64,000 bases of DNA from Antedon mediterranea (lineage: Eukaryota; Animalia; Echinodermata), in contig NC_092673.1 of assembly GCF_964355755.1 (NCBI RefSeq), positions 27,029,648 to 27,093,647 on the forward strand, given 5' to 3'. Position 1 is the first letter of the stretch; each line of letters starts with the position of its first letter. Of this stretch, positions 25,101 through 37,943 are shown piece after piece. The position numbers were made by a program, and so were the translations under genes. A model generated the notes under the pieces. That model had not been told where the DNA came from. It saw nothing but the letters and a program-made list of their open reading frames with translations, and did not search any database.

Positions 25101-28100
25101 TAAGTTTTGTTTTTTAAAGACATAAAAAAACGGCAATAAATAATGTATAATTTGTGTTATGTCATGCGCATTTGATTGAGTACCCAGAACATTGACAGCA
25201 CTATACTTACATACGTAGCTTGGTTCATCATGTTTGTGATTTATAAACTTGTGGTGGTTACCTATAGGCAAAAATTAATTGCAGATTACTGGAATAAAAT
25301 AAAATACCCAAACACCAACCAAGTGTAGGTCATAGGTTATTACAATCCAAAGCTTTCCTATTACTGTATGTCAGAATGGTTTAACAAATAACATGCTATT
25401 AATGGTTCTTACATTCCAGCCTGTGGGAATGATACCCTGCGCACAGTCAGTGGTGAGATTCAATCGCCATCAATTGGCAATTACGAAAACGACTTGTACT
25501 GTCTCACTATCATCCGAGCTCCTATCAACAATATCATTGAATTTTCATTGTTTGTATTTGATCTGGAGGATTCAGAAAACTGCACCAAAGACTCGCTCAC
25601 TGTAAGTATAATGAAGGACTAGTGCTGTTCTGCCATACCACGCCGAGAATGGTAAAGAGTCACAATCGAGTTTGAACTATACCATGAAAGCCCCAGTGGT
25701 CTAATGGTTAGGATATCTGCATATCAAGCAGAAGGTTCCGGGTTCGAATCTCGGTTGTGGCGACTTTTTCTCATTCTCAAAGATTTCCTCATCTTATCGT
25801 TTCAAATTAATTAATTAAATTTCAGTATATCACCGGGCTGTTTCAAATTAATGTTCTGTGCCTGATGTGTTTATATATATATATATATAAAAGTATCTCT
25901 TCGGAGATCCCGCTTCGTGAATAAACTTTCCAAAGAAAAATGAAAAATAAATATTTAAAAAATTCAACCAAAAACCCATTGGCTGGCAGCAAATTTGTCA
26001 ATTTTTTGCTTTAAATTAATAAGAACAGGTGATCTTTTAAATCACTCAGTCTTGAGCAATTTTATGGGTGGAATGGCAGGCCGACAACACGTCACCCTTT
26101 CATAAATATTTTATTTTAAATTATTTTATTATTAGTTTTCATCGGCTAATGAAGAAGAGGTATTCTGCGGAACACAATCAGGTAGTATGTTTACTTCTAC
26201 GACAAATGAAGTGAACGTGACATTTAGGACGGATGGCGACACAGTAGCCATTGGCTATATTATTGATTTCGAATTTATTCAACTAGAAGGTATTTATTTA
26301 TTTTATTTATTCAAAACCAACACCAATGACAACAGATTTGATAAACTAGAATAAAGTAAAATATTATATAAATCTAAAACAGATAAATATCAGAAATATT
26401 AATATTAAATACAGTAGAACACCAATTAAGGGGATTACATCATCATTATGTCATTCCTTTCTGATATTATGTAACTTACATTTAACATAATTATCTGTTA
26501 TAATTATCTGTTAATATTATTAATGTTATTATTATTATTAATGTTATTATTATTATTATGTAATATTTGTCTGAATTACAGTTGATCAGTGTGATGAACT
26601 TCTTATTGAAGAAGGTGAGGTGTTTTCACGTAACTACCCTAGTACATACCCCAACAACGAGGATTGTACTACCACCATTTTCGTTGGAGGTTCCATGTGT
26701 GTAGAAATTGTCTTTGATGTCTTTGAGGTTGAAGATAGTGATAATTGTGAAAATGACTATCTAGAGGTTAGTATTTTATTTTAAATTAGATACTTAATTG
26801 TAGGGTCAGTGTAAAGGATTTGTGTAATCCGAGAGCTCTGCAATTTCTTTCTGGCTGTTTTACTTTACTGTTTTGATTTAACTTTCTTTTTATTTTATTT
26901 GTATCTCTATTGAGATCCAGTCGCTGATGCTCACAGCATTGTCATTTTTTTAGTGTCTATTTTATTTGTATAGCCATTGAGATCCAGTCGCTGATACTCA
27001 CAGCATTGTCATTTTTTCAGTGCTTATTTTATTTGTATCTCCATTGAGATTCAGCCACTGATACCCACAACATTGTCATTTTTTCAGAAATTGGCCAATT
27101 ATATAGTACAAGAATATATGTATAAATCTCACCTTTGGAACACTATTCAGGAGACATGTGCCCATATTTAGGCATAATGTCATATCACTACCATATTTGA
27201 GCATATCACTACCATATGTGAGAATATCACTACCATTTTGAGCATATCACTACCATATTTGATCATATCACTACCATATTTGAGCATATCACTACCATAT
27301 TTGATCATATCACTACCATATTTGAGCATATCACTACCATATTTGAGCATATCACTACCATATTTGAGGGACATATTGTTAGGTAACGTCATTAAAACTT
27401 TATTTCAACCAATGTTATGGCAGTATGTAAAGTGCCACTGATTGTATCATCAGTCATATCATAGAAATGTGCGCTATATTAGGTGTTAATATTAAAAGAT
27501 ACAATATTAATAATACTGTGATTTCTTTGTATTTCAGTTTTACGACGTTTCAAATTCAGATTTTATACAGAGGGTTTGTGGTTCCAGAGACGATTTGATA
27601 ATACGATCATTTACTTCCACTTTCATCCTTAAACTCATCACCAATGATGAAATAACCGATGCAGGTTACCATGGTTACTTGAACTTTGTTGATTGCCCTG
27701 TTGCTTTGTTTAGAGTTGGTGAATTTTCTGATGTAAGGATTTTCATTTTGTTAGTAATTATTAAATAAAAAGTTGAAATAGTTATTACGACAATGGCCTG
27801 TGTTCATAACATACATAGTTTAACCCTCTACAATAACATGTTTATTTTTACAACTTGCCATGGATTTTCAAGGCTTTGTACTTATTCTTCAAATGTTTTG
27901 CTGTAACTATTTTTAATTTGCATTCTGAACATTTTGCTATGATCATAGGCATCATGTAAACATTGTTCTACTGCAGTTACTGCAGTAATTATATTTTGTT
28001 TATTTTGAAACTGCCTCATAAACTTGTACATTGAAACAAACTAAAAAAAAATAATACGTTATTGCAGTAAAAAATGTACTTACTGCAGTAACTGTACAGT

Positions 28101-31100
28101 GACATGTTTTGACATGATCCTTTACAAGCCACCATGTTCACCAGTTGTTTTGCTTAAGCTCTGTCTACACTATCAAACTTTATGTCACAAAAAAATGTGA
28201 TGTGCCCATATATGGACATGATGATGTCATATCACAACCATTAGCACCTCACTACCATATTTGGGCACCCTAACCCAAACTAGTTTGATAGTGTAGACAG
28301 ATGTTCTAATTCATAATATTAGGATTTTGTGTTACATTTTAAATGTTTTACCCCAGTGTTCTGTATCATGCGGTGGCGGGGAGAGAACAAGGACTGTAGA
28401 ATGTATTGCCAGTGATGGCACTGTTCTGCCTGATGTCATTTGTGGAACAGATGTTCCTGCATCAACAGAAGCGTGTGGCGAAGAAGACTGTCCATGTATG
28501 TTTTATCTAATTGTATTAATTTTACCAACTTAGTTTGACATGCTAGGTTTCTGTTCAAATAACCATCTGGTTGCCAACACCATGATAAATATGTGTGCAA
28601 CTTTTTATTTTATTTTACAAGCAATTATATAAAAAAAATACTACATTTTTGTAGATTACGTGTTAAAAATATGTTGGTTGACAGTTTACGCACAAAAATA
28701 AATATAAAATTTATTCAGAAATGTTAATGGTATAAAATTGGTCTTGTTTGCTAAGTCAGTTGTTCAGGTTCTCTCTAAACCTAAATTTTACCGTAAAATT
28801 ATTTCAACTTAATTCTTTATGTTATTTCTTTTATAGCTTGTGATGTCCTTATTACCGATGATGGTGAATCCACCGTGATTATCCAAAGTCCAAATTATCC
28901 AGATCCTTACAGTAATAATCTTAACTGTACGTACACCATCATCAGCACATCGGGTCAATGTATTTTCATACTTGACCAAGTCTTTGATCTTGAAGGTCGT
29001 AACGATAATGGCGAATGCGAGAACGACTACGTAGAGGTATGTATCAAGATAATTATGCAATAGCTCTACTAAAGGTCTCCAATTCGTTATAATAATTGAA
29101 ATTCACGAAAAACCACAATTTCCAGAAAAAAACACAGTTATTTGACACGATGATGTTTATTAGTGTATACAGAGCTTTACAAAAATAAAATAATTGTTTG
29201 CGTTCATTACCACGCAGGTATTTGACCTTGGTTACCCAACAATTCGGCAAAGGGATTGCGGCTCAGACCGCACCGAGGAATTTTTTCAGTCGTTGTCATC
29301 AGAAGTCCAACAGACATTTGTTACAAATGACAATATTACTGCAGGAGGATTTTCCACAACCATAGCTTTTGTTCCATGTGAAGTTTATGCCTACCTTCCA
29401 GGTGAATGGAGTGAGGTGAGTTCTTGATTTTAAGCTGTTTATTTATTAAAAGAAAAAAAAATATTTGCGACCTATGTTATGTTTTTCATCCTCAATTGAA
29501 GAAACAGGATTTGGCCCACAGCAGCCATAGTGCAGTGTATAACAGGGGCTGAGATTGACCAATACACTGAGATAATGCCTTACTCTTCCGAAAAATGCTC
29601 TGGGTTCTTTAAAGTACACACATGCCAGAGGTGTAAACTGACCTTTAATGTCCTTTTCCGAGAAAACATCTATACTACAAGAACAAATTTAATTTTTTAA
29701 TTTTTTTTTATGATTGGATTAGAAAACTTGTTATTGGTAGTTGATAACTTTAGAAATGGTTTTTCAATTAAAAATTTAATTTCACTTTTTGACAAATAAT
29801 GTTATCTGATCTTATCTTAAATTTTATGGCATTTTTACTTTGATTAATAAAATTATTTTATGCAGTGCACTTCCACATGTGGTGAGGGTGAACGAACAAG
29901 GACAGTGGACTGTTGGTTTATTGCGGGAGGAACTGCTGTTGATGACTCCTTGTGCTCTGGAACTAAACCACCAACGTCTGAGATTTGTCTTGAGGATCCT
30001 TGCCCAGGTTTGTGCAATTGCTTTTACTAGTTTGATGATTTATTATTATTATTGATAAATCTCTCAATGAAACCATAAACTGCTTAACAAATATATTTCA
30101 CTTATAATAAAGGCAAACAAACAATTACATTTAGCCAGAAATCTGTCACAGACAATTGACGTTTGGTTGGCTATTTACTTTCTTTAAATAAAATGTATCA
30201 CCCTCTGTTATTTCTGCCCTAACACATTGGTGATGATGTATCCAGTTGTTATGGAACTCATTTATTTATTATTTTTTTGCAGAATGTGATGAAGAAATAG
30301 TCACAGAGAATATTTTCAGCAATAAACCTGATGGTGAAGATACATATCTACCAAATCAAGATTGTGTGTATACCTTTGTCGCACCTGATGACATGTGTGT
30401 AACGTTGGTTTTCATTTCAATTGATTTAGAAGAAGCAACTGATGGTGTATGTCAAAATGACTATTTTACTGTAAGTTAATGGGATGCTTGTCCATTCATA
30501 CATTACGCTAAAGCTCTGCAATTTCTTTCTGGCTGTTTAAATTTATCATTTTGATTTAGTTGGCTTTATCATTGTCATTGTCATTTTTTAGTGCTTATTT
30601 TATTTGTATCTCCATTGAGATCCAATCACTGATACCCACAGCATTGTAATTTTTTCAGTGCTTATTTTATTTGTATCTCCATTGAGATCCAGCCACTGAT
30701 ACCCAGAGCATTGTCATTTTTTCAGTGCTTATTTTATTTGTATCTCCATTGAGATCCAGCCACTGATACCCAGAGCATTGTCATTTTTTCAGTGCTTATT
30801 TTATTTGTATCTCCATTGAGATCCAGCCACTGATACCCAGAGCATTGTCATTTTTTCAGTGCTTATTTTATTTGTATCTCCATTGAGATCCAGCCACTGA
30901 TACCCAGAGCATTGTCATTTTTTCAGTGCTTATTTTATTTTGTATCTCCATTGAGATCCAGCCACTGATACCCAGAGCATTGTCATTTTTTCAGTGCTTA
31001 TTTTATTTTGTATCTCCATTGAGATCCAGCCACTGATACCCAGAGCATTGTCATTTTTTCAGTGCTTATTTTATTTTGTATCTCCATTGAGATCCAGCCA

Positions 31101-34100
31101 CTGATACCCAGAGCATTGTCATTTTTTCAGTGCTTATTTTATTTTGTATCTCCATTGAGATCCAGCCACTGATACCCACAGCATTGTCATTTTTTCAGTG
31201 CTTATTTTATTTGTATCTCCATTGAAATCCAGCCACTGATACCCAGAGCATTGTCATTTTTCAGTGCTTATTTTATTTTGTATCTCCATTGAGATCCAGC
31301 CACTGATACCCACAGCATTGTCATTTTTTCAGTGCTTATTTTATTTTGTATCTCCATTGAGATCCAGCCACAGAATTGTAATTGTTTCAGTAATTTGCCC
31401 TTTGATGTATATATTACTTGAATTAAGAAAATTTGTCATTGTTGTTTTAATTATTTTCTAGGTAACGGACCCAACAGACTTGAACTTGAACCAGACCTTT
31501 TGTGGTTCAGTAGGATTAACCACTTTTGGTCCAACTGCCGGTCGAACTGCCCTCATCACATTTGTTTCTGATGACACTAATGAATTTGCCGGATTTAGTT
31601 GTTTTTTTCAATTTTCCGCGTGTCCATTATTCGTTTACAGAACTACTCCATTCGCAGATGTAAGTTGTAACATTTCCTTTCTTTCAAAATAGTTATTAAA
31701 ATTACTAGTTAATTTCAATTAACTGTGTTTTTGTTAATATAAACAAATTCTTTGATGAGAAAATATAAGATGCCTTTTTCAAATTTTTTACATTTTTTTA
31801 TTTATTCAATTTCTGACATATACAATACAATGAAAAAGACAAAACAAAATATAAAAGGCAAGGAAAGACCAAGCAGGTGCAAAACACCTATGCTAGTTGA
31901 TCAACTCAGAACAGTGAAGTATATTAATCGCAATAACACCTATGAATGTTTCATACATTTCTCTTCCTACTTTAGTGTGATCGAACTTGTGGAAGTGGTA
32001 TGCAGACAAGAAATATATTTTGTGTTGACATTTCGACTGAGGTCACTGTAGACGACAGTAACTGTGCTGATATTGAAGCGCCCCCTCAATCACAGTCATG
32101 CAATTTAGGACCATGTCCAGAATGTGATGAATTTTTTGAAGAAGACGGTATTTTACTAATGTCTAATTATGAGGCTGATCTTAGTTGTCGCGCTGACATC
32201 AATCTGGGTGAAGGCCAATGTATCGAGCTTACTAAGCTAACATTTTCATTGCCAGACCGAGTTGACGGGGAATGTTCAGACAAAATTTTGGTTAGTTTAA
32301 ATTGATTGTAGCCAGTAGGCCCAGTCGGCATTATTGGCCTAAATTCACTCATTAAAGACAGGCTTATGTCAATCAAGAACATAATTCAACTGAAAGAAAT
32401 TTTATTTAAGCAAATTTGTGTGTTATATTGACATAGGGTTGATAAAACTTGTACAGTGAACGCAATATGATGAAAAGTTCAGTCCAGTTCTGGATATTCT
32501 TTATCTGAAATTAACATATTTTACACAACTCAACATACAGTTGAATTGTTTTCAGTTCCGTTTTGACAGCCCTTTAAAGATGATTTCATTTAATTAAAAA
32601 TAATAATAATAATAACATTAGTTCATTCTTATATAGAGCATATAAGCGAGCGCTCAATGAATGGATCAAACACGTATGGAAATATACTCCCATAATGCAA
32701 CTAGTAATCAGCGCAAGGTTGTGTCTTGATCTAACCGGGTACCCTTTTATACACCTGGGTGGAGAGAGGCAAACGTAAGTAAAGTATCTTGCCAAAGGAT
32801 ACAAGCAATGCGACGAGAGTTGGATTCGAACCTCGGTCTCACGATCAGTAGTCCAACGTTCAACACCCTGCGCCACACGCCCTCGTTATTAAATTAATAA
32901 TTTAAATACTATTTTTGTATTAAATATAATAATCAAAATGAAAACTAAAATTGTTCTTTATTATATTTTCAGATCTTTGATGTTGGAAACGATGCACCTG
33001 AAGTAGAATTTTGTGGATCTGAATTTACTACTTTTCTATCCCGTTCAAATGAGGTCGATGTCAGATTTATGTCTAATAATGACACTGAGATCGGCAGCTA
33101 CACTATTGCAATTACAGAAATTGATTGTCCAACATATGGATATGTTTCTGGAATGTTCGATGACGTAAGTACATTGGTACAATTATGTAAATAAATTTTA
33201 CCCAACAAAGTTTCCACTGAATAGGGGTGTACGGTGAATGGTGTTTGGCCCAACCAAGTCAATGTTATGTTTTTGCTTGTGTGTATGGTATATAAAACAA
33301 ATATTTACTGGGCTTTCATCGGAGCATGGTAAAAATTATACCCCTCAGTGATCTGGAGATATACTATCACTCGACTTCATCTCGGGATATAGTATACATA
33401 TATTTTTAACTATGCCCTTCAGACCAGTAAATAATTGTATACTTGTATAGAACAATTCATGCATATCTATATATGACATAATGTACTGTTTGCCAGAGAA
33501 AAGAATTTTTATTTTGATAATATTTGATTGGTATTATATACAGATTTAAAAAGAAAATATCTTCATCATGAATTTGTTAACCTATAGTAACCTTTTCTCA
33601 TAATAGTGTACCAGAACATGTGGTGGCGGTACACAGACTAGAACAGTTGAGTGCCAGGAACTGGCAACTGAAATGGTTGTTGATGATTCTGTGTGCGATG
33701 ATGCTAAGCCAGAAGAAACCGAAGAGTGCAACATCCAAGATTGTCCACGTAAGTTTAAAAACCTTTCTTTCATTCATTCATTCTCTGTCTACACTATCGA
33801 ACTAGTTTGACAAAAAGTGTGATGCGCCCAAATATGGTAGTGGTATTCTTACACATAGTAGTGATATGACATCATCGTATCCATGGCTACATCATTTATT
33901 ACATTTATTTGTTACATAAAGTTTAATAGTGGTTTTCTTTTTTTTTTAATTGACACAGAAAAAAAATGTTTTTATTTTGCAGCATGTGGTCAGGATATTC
34001 AAGCCGGAGGTCCTCAGTTTTATGACCCTGCTGGTGATAATACAGATTATGACAATTTCCAAGATTGCTCATACAAAATTATTGCTGATGACGGACAATG

Positions 34101-37100
34101 CGTTGTTATTTACTTCAATACTTTAGAAATGCAGGAACCAGATAATGATGGCAATTGTCTTGACTATGTTGAGGTACATTATTTGCATTTCTCCTAAGAT
34201 AATGATAATATATCAACTACATATTCATCCAAAATTGCTTTATTTATTGAATAATATAATTTTAAATGAAAACGTTAATATTTTCTCACACCATGCATTT
34301 AATTTCTAGGTTATAGATATTGGGCTTAGCCTCAACTAGCGTTTACACTTACAGTCACAGATACAGTAATAATTTAATAATCAAACATTTATAGCGCCAA
34401 TTCCAAAACGATGATCAAAGGCTCATTATATCCTTAAATTTGCTATGCTGCATGTTATTCTATAAAAAACATTTATCATTAAGTATCATTTTGTTTTTTT
34501 TGCCTTTAAGCTTGACCAGCCAGGGTTTGAAAACACGTATTACCGATTCTGTGGTGATGAAAGCGCCAGTGTATTCTATGGCATTAGCCAGGAAATCTCT
34601 TTGAGATTTTTCTCTGATGATGACACAGTCGCAGAAGGTTTTGCTGCTACTGCTTTTTCTTTTGAATGTCCAGAATTTGCTTACGCCGTTGGAGAATTTG
34701 GAGATGTAAGAGATTTCTTCTTTTTATTTATTTATTCTAGAATAATAGATCCATGTTAACTTGAAGGAGTTACAGGAATAGTCAGTACAATGTATTGCAT
34801 TCTGTTACAGTATGCCGTCTTTATTGTGGGAGCCAAGTGGTTAGCTGTATGAGTGCCTGATTGAAAAACCTTGAGACGATAAGGTGGCAGAGAAAGGAAC
34901 TGAGACTCCTAACATTCCCTTACGTTCAGAGTGAATAAAAAGTTCACTTTTACCTTTATTGTACTTTCAGTGCTCTGCAACTTGTGGAGAGGGTTATCAA
35001 GTTAGAAGCCTACTGTGCATATCCTTGTCAGACAACACTGAAACTGATATTTCCAATTGTGATGACATTGACTATTTACCATATCGTATCAATCAAACAT
35101 GCGAAATTGAGGCATGCCCAGGTTAGTAGGACAAACCAAATTAAACAATTATGTTTGGATATTCGTGCAATGGAACAAATAATTTGATTCGGTGAAAGAT
35201 GAAAATTTGTTATATATTCATCTTTGAACTTTGAATTATTTGTACCAGCACTAAAAATTTATTATTTTAAATACACTGCCATATTTATGTACTAATATAA
35301 AAATAATCTATTACAAGTATCATTTAATAACTTGTTTAGTACATCTGCCTCATTCCATAATTACTTAACAAGAAACAGGTCAAACTACTGTCCACAACAA
35401 ATGCACTAACAATGCATATCGTATCAAGAACACATATTTGGAATAATTTGACAGATAAAACAATCCCCCACATTAAGTTTGTTCAATTGTGTTTAGGATT
35501 ACATGTTTAAAGCATTCTTGCTTATTTTGTATCCCATTATCATTCTTATTGTATTTGTATATTTTTATTTTTGAATAAAAATGTTTGATTGATTGATACT
35601 ATTAAACTGATTTATTTTTTTAAGATTGCAATTCTGTGATGTTAGTTAGTTCATCAAGTAGTATGGATTTATTTTTTGGAGACAACGATATGTGTCAGAC
35701 AAACATAACTATTGACACTGATGAGTGTTTGGTATTATTTATACAGTCAGTGAATCTACCAAGCGATTGTAATGAAAACTATATTGAGGTACCATATTTA
35801 TTAAAAATTTTTTTGTTATAGACTTTGTATAAATTATTGTGAAAATTAGGTGGTGGCATTGGATTTCAGTAATAAATAGATTGTAAACTATATACTGTAT
35901 AATGGGATAAAACAAATTGAAATATATAATAAATGAGGTTGAATCAACTCTTCTGGACTAATGAAAAATTACTGCCACACATTGATGTATTCAGCCCGAA
36001 AATTGCTTGAAAATCACTGCCTACTTCATTCTGTACACATTTAAAAAAACAATATTTTCATTTCAGTATTATGATGCCAACGCTCCCTGGTTGCAAGGAA
36101 GGTCATGTAATGGTGATAGCTCAGTAATTTTTAACTCACAAACCAACATGATTATTTTGGAGGCAAAACAGGATGGGACAGCAGGAGGCGCGGAGCCCGC
36201 TGTTAGCTACCTTATAGTTCCCAGTGCATGTCCTCAGTATGGATATGTGGTTTCAGGAGAATCTACTGTAAGGCATTTACCTTATTATAATGGATAAAAA
36301 TTGATTTATTTAATTTGTCTTTTATAACAATTGTTTGGTCCCAATATGATTAGTGATCCATTACTCTGTCAAAGTTGGCAACATTTCAGAAGCGTTTTAC
36401 AATCAGATAAGAATATAGTAGCTACAAGTTGTTGCAATAAACACTTTTGCTTCTTATGCCACAGTAAAGCTTTTAAATAAAAATATATCAAGCAATTTGT
36501 ATAACAGTCACTCTGTAGGGCATTACTTTTATACCTTCAAATCAATTTACATACATATTGTAACAAAATTAATTAAATAATTAAAGCAGAGGAAGACAAA
36601 ATAACAACAAACCTAATTGCAGGCCACACCCTTTGAGGAGTGCTGCCACACCCTTAATGGAGTTGGACATTTCTCCACCTAGAAAAGTGGAAAAAACAAT
36701 TGGTATAAATATATATATATGTATATTTCTCATTGTTTGATGTGATTTATTTGCAGTGTTCTGTTACATGCGGTGAAGGTGTTCTTACCCGAGAGTATGA
36801 ATGCCAGAATTTGATGACGGAAGAGGTGGTTGATGATTCTAATTGCGACGAAGCCCCATCATCCTCAGCATCTTGCGAGTTGGAGGAATGTCCATGTAAG
36901 TAGTACAGATAACTTGCATTTGCCAAATTCTTTTACAGCAACAAGTGGTAGTCACTGTGTTGTGCGCTGAACCTTGAAATACCACAGGTCCATTTGTTCA
37001 AATCCGACCATCGCTCTCTAGCTGACCTAGTGGGGTGAAATACATGTAGATAGCGCACCGTCTTTCAGATGAGATGTTAAGCTGTTAGCTGTAAAATAAT

Positions 37101-37912
37101 AACAGCCTACCACATGTTTTAATGCATTTTTTATTTTATAGGTGACTTTTAACTTTAGTATTACTTAATAATTTTTTTTTGATTACCTACTACACTATGC
37201 AAACCTTTACTAATAATTGTACGGTTTAATTTACATTCTTAGTTTCTAGCTTATTTTATCATTCCATTGAACATCAAGTAAACAGTATTAAAATTAATTT
37301 TGACTAATCTAAAGCTCTGTCTACACTATCAAACTAGTTTGGCAAAAAAGTGTGATGTGCTCAAATATGGTAGTGATATTCATCATGTTCATATCATGGG
37401 CACAGCACATTTTCTTTCTCATATAATGTTTAAAGTATACAAAGGAGAGCAACAAGGTGTTCCTGGGACACATCTTATTTTCATAGGTTGAAAGTGCTTG
37501 AATTATTATCTATTGATGACTTGTTTAAATTACATAGACTTTCATTAGGATTTAAGGTGTTGAAAGGTTACTGTCCCCATTCTTTCAATGAGTATATTAA
37601 AACTAGTGAAAGATGTCCGGGTAGGCTTTTACGTTGGAATTCGAAAGGCAATACTTTTCATAATTCTGTATTTGTTTCCTTTCCTAGACTATGGGAGCAA
37701 ATACCAAATGACATAAAAGATTCACAAACAATTTCAATATTTAAGGCTGCTCTAACAAAACACTATATTTCATGTTATGTATAATTTATTTGTATTTTTC
37801 TTGTATATGATTTTATCTTTAACTGATTATATTGTATGGAGTGAGTGCAGAATCTGTTTGGGCTTTAGCCTATTCTCATTCCTGGTTATTTTTACATTGA
37901 TGACCGAATAAA

Positions 37913-37943
<31 letters not shown>

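Noticed and set aside
25690-25762. Functional tRNA-Asp gene
   Set aside because: It has an ATC anticodon, A at position 32 and an acceptor mismatch, and it sits in a dispersed repeat with diverged copies; treated as a tRNA-derived element.
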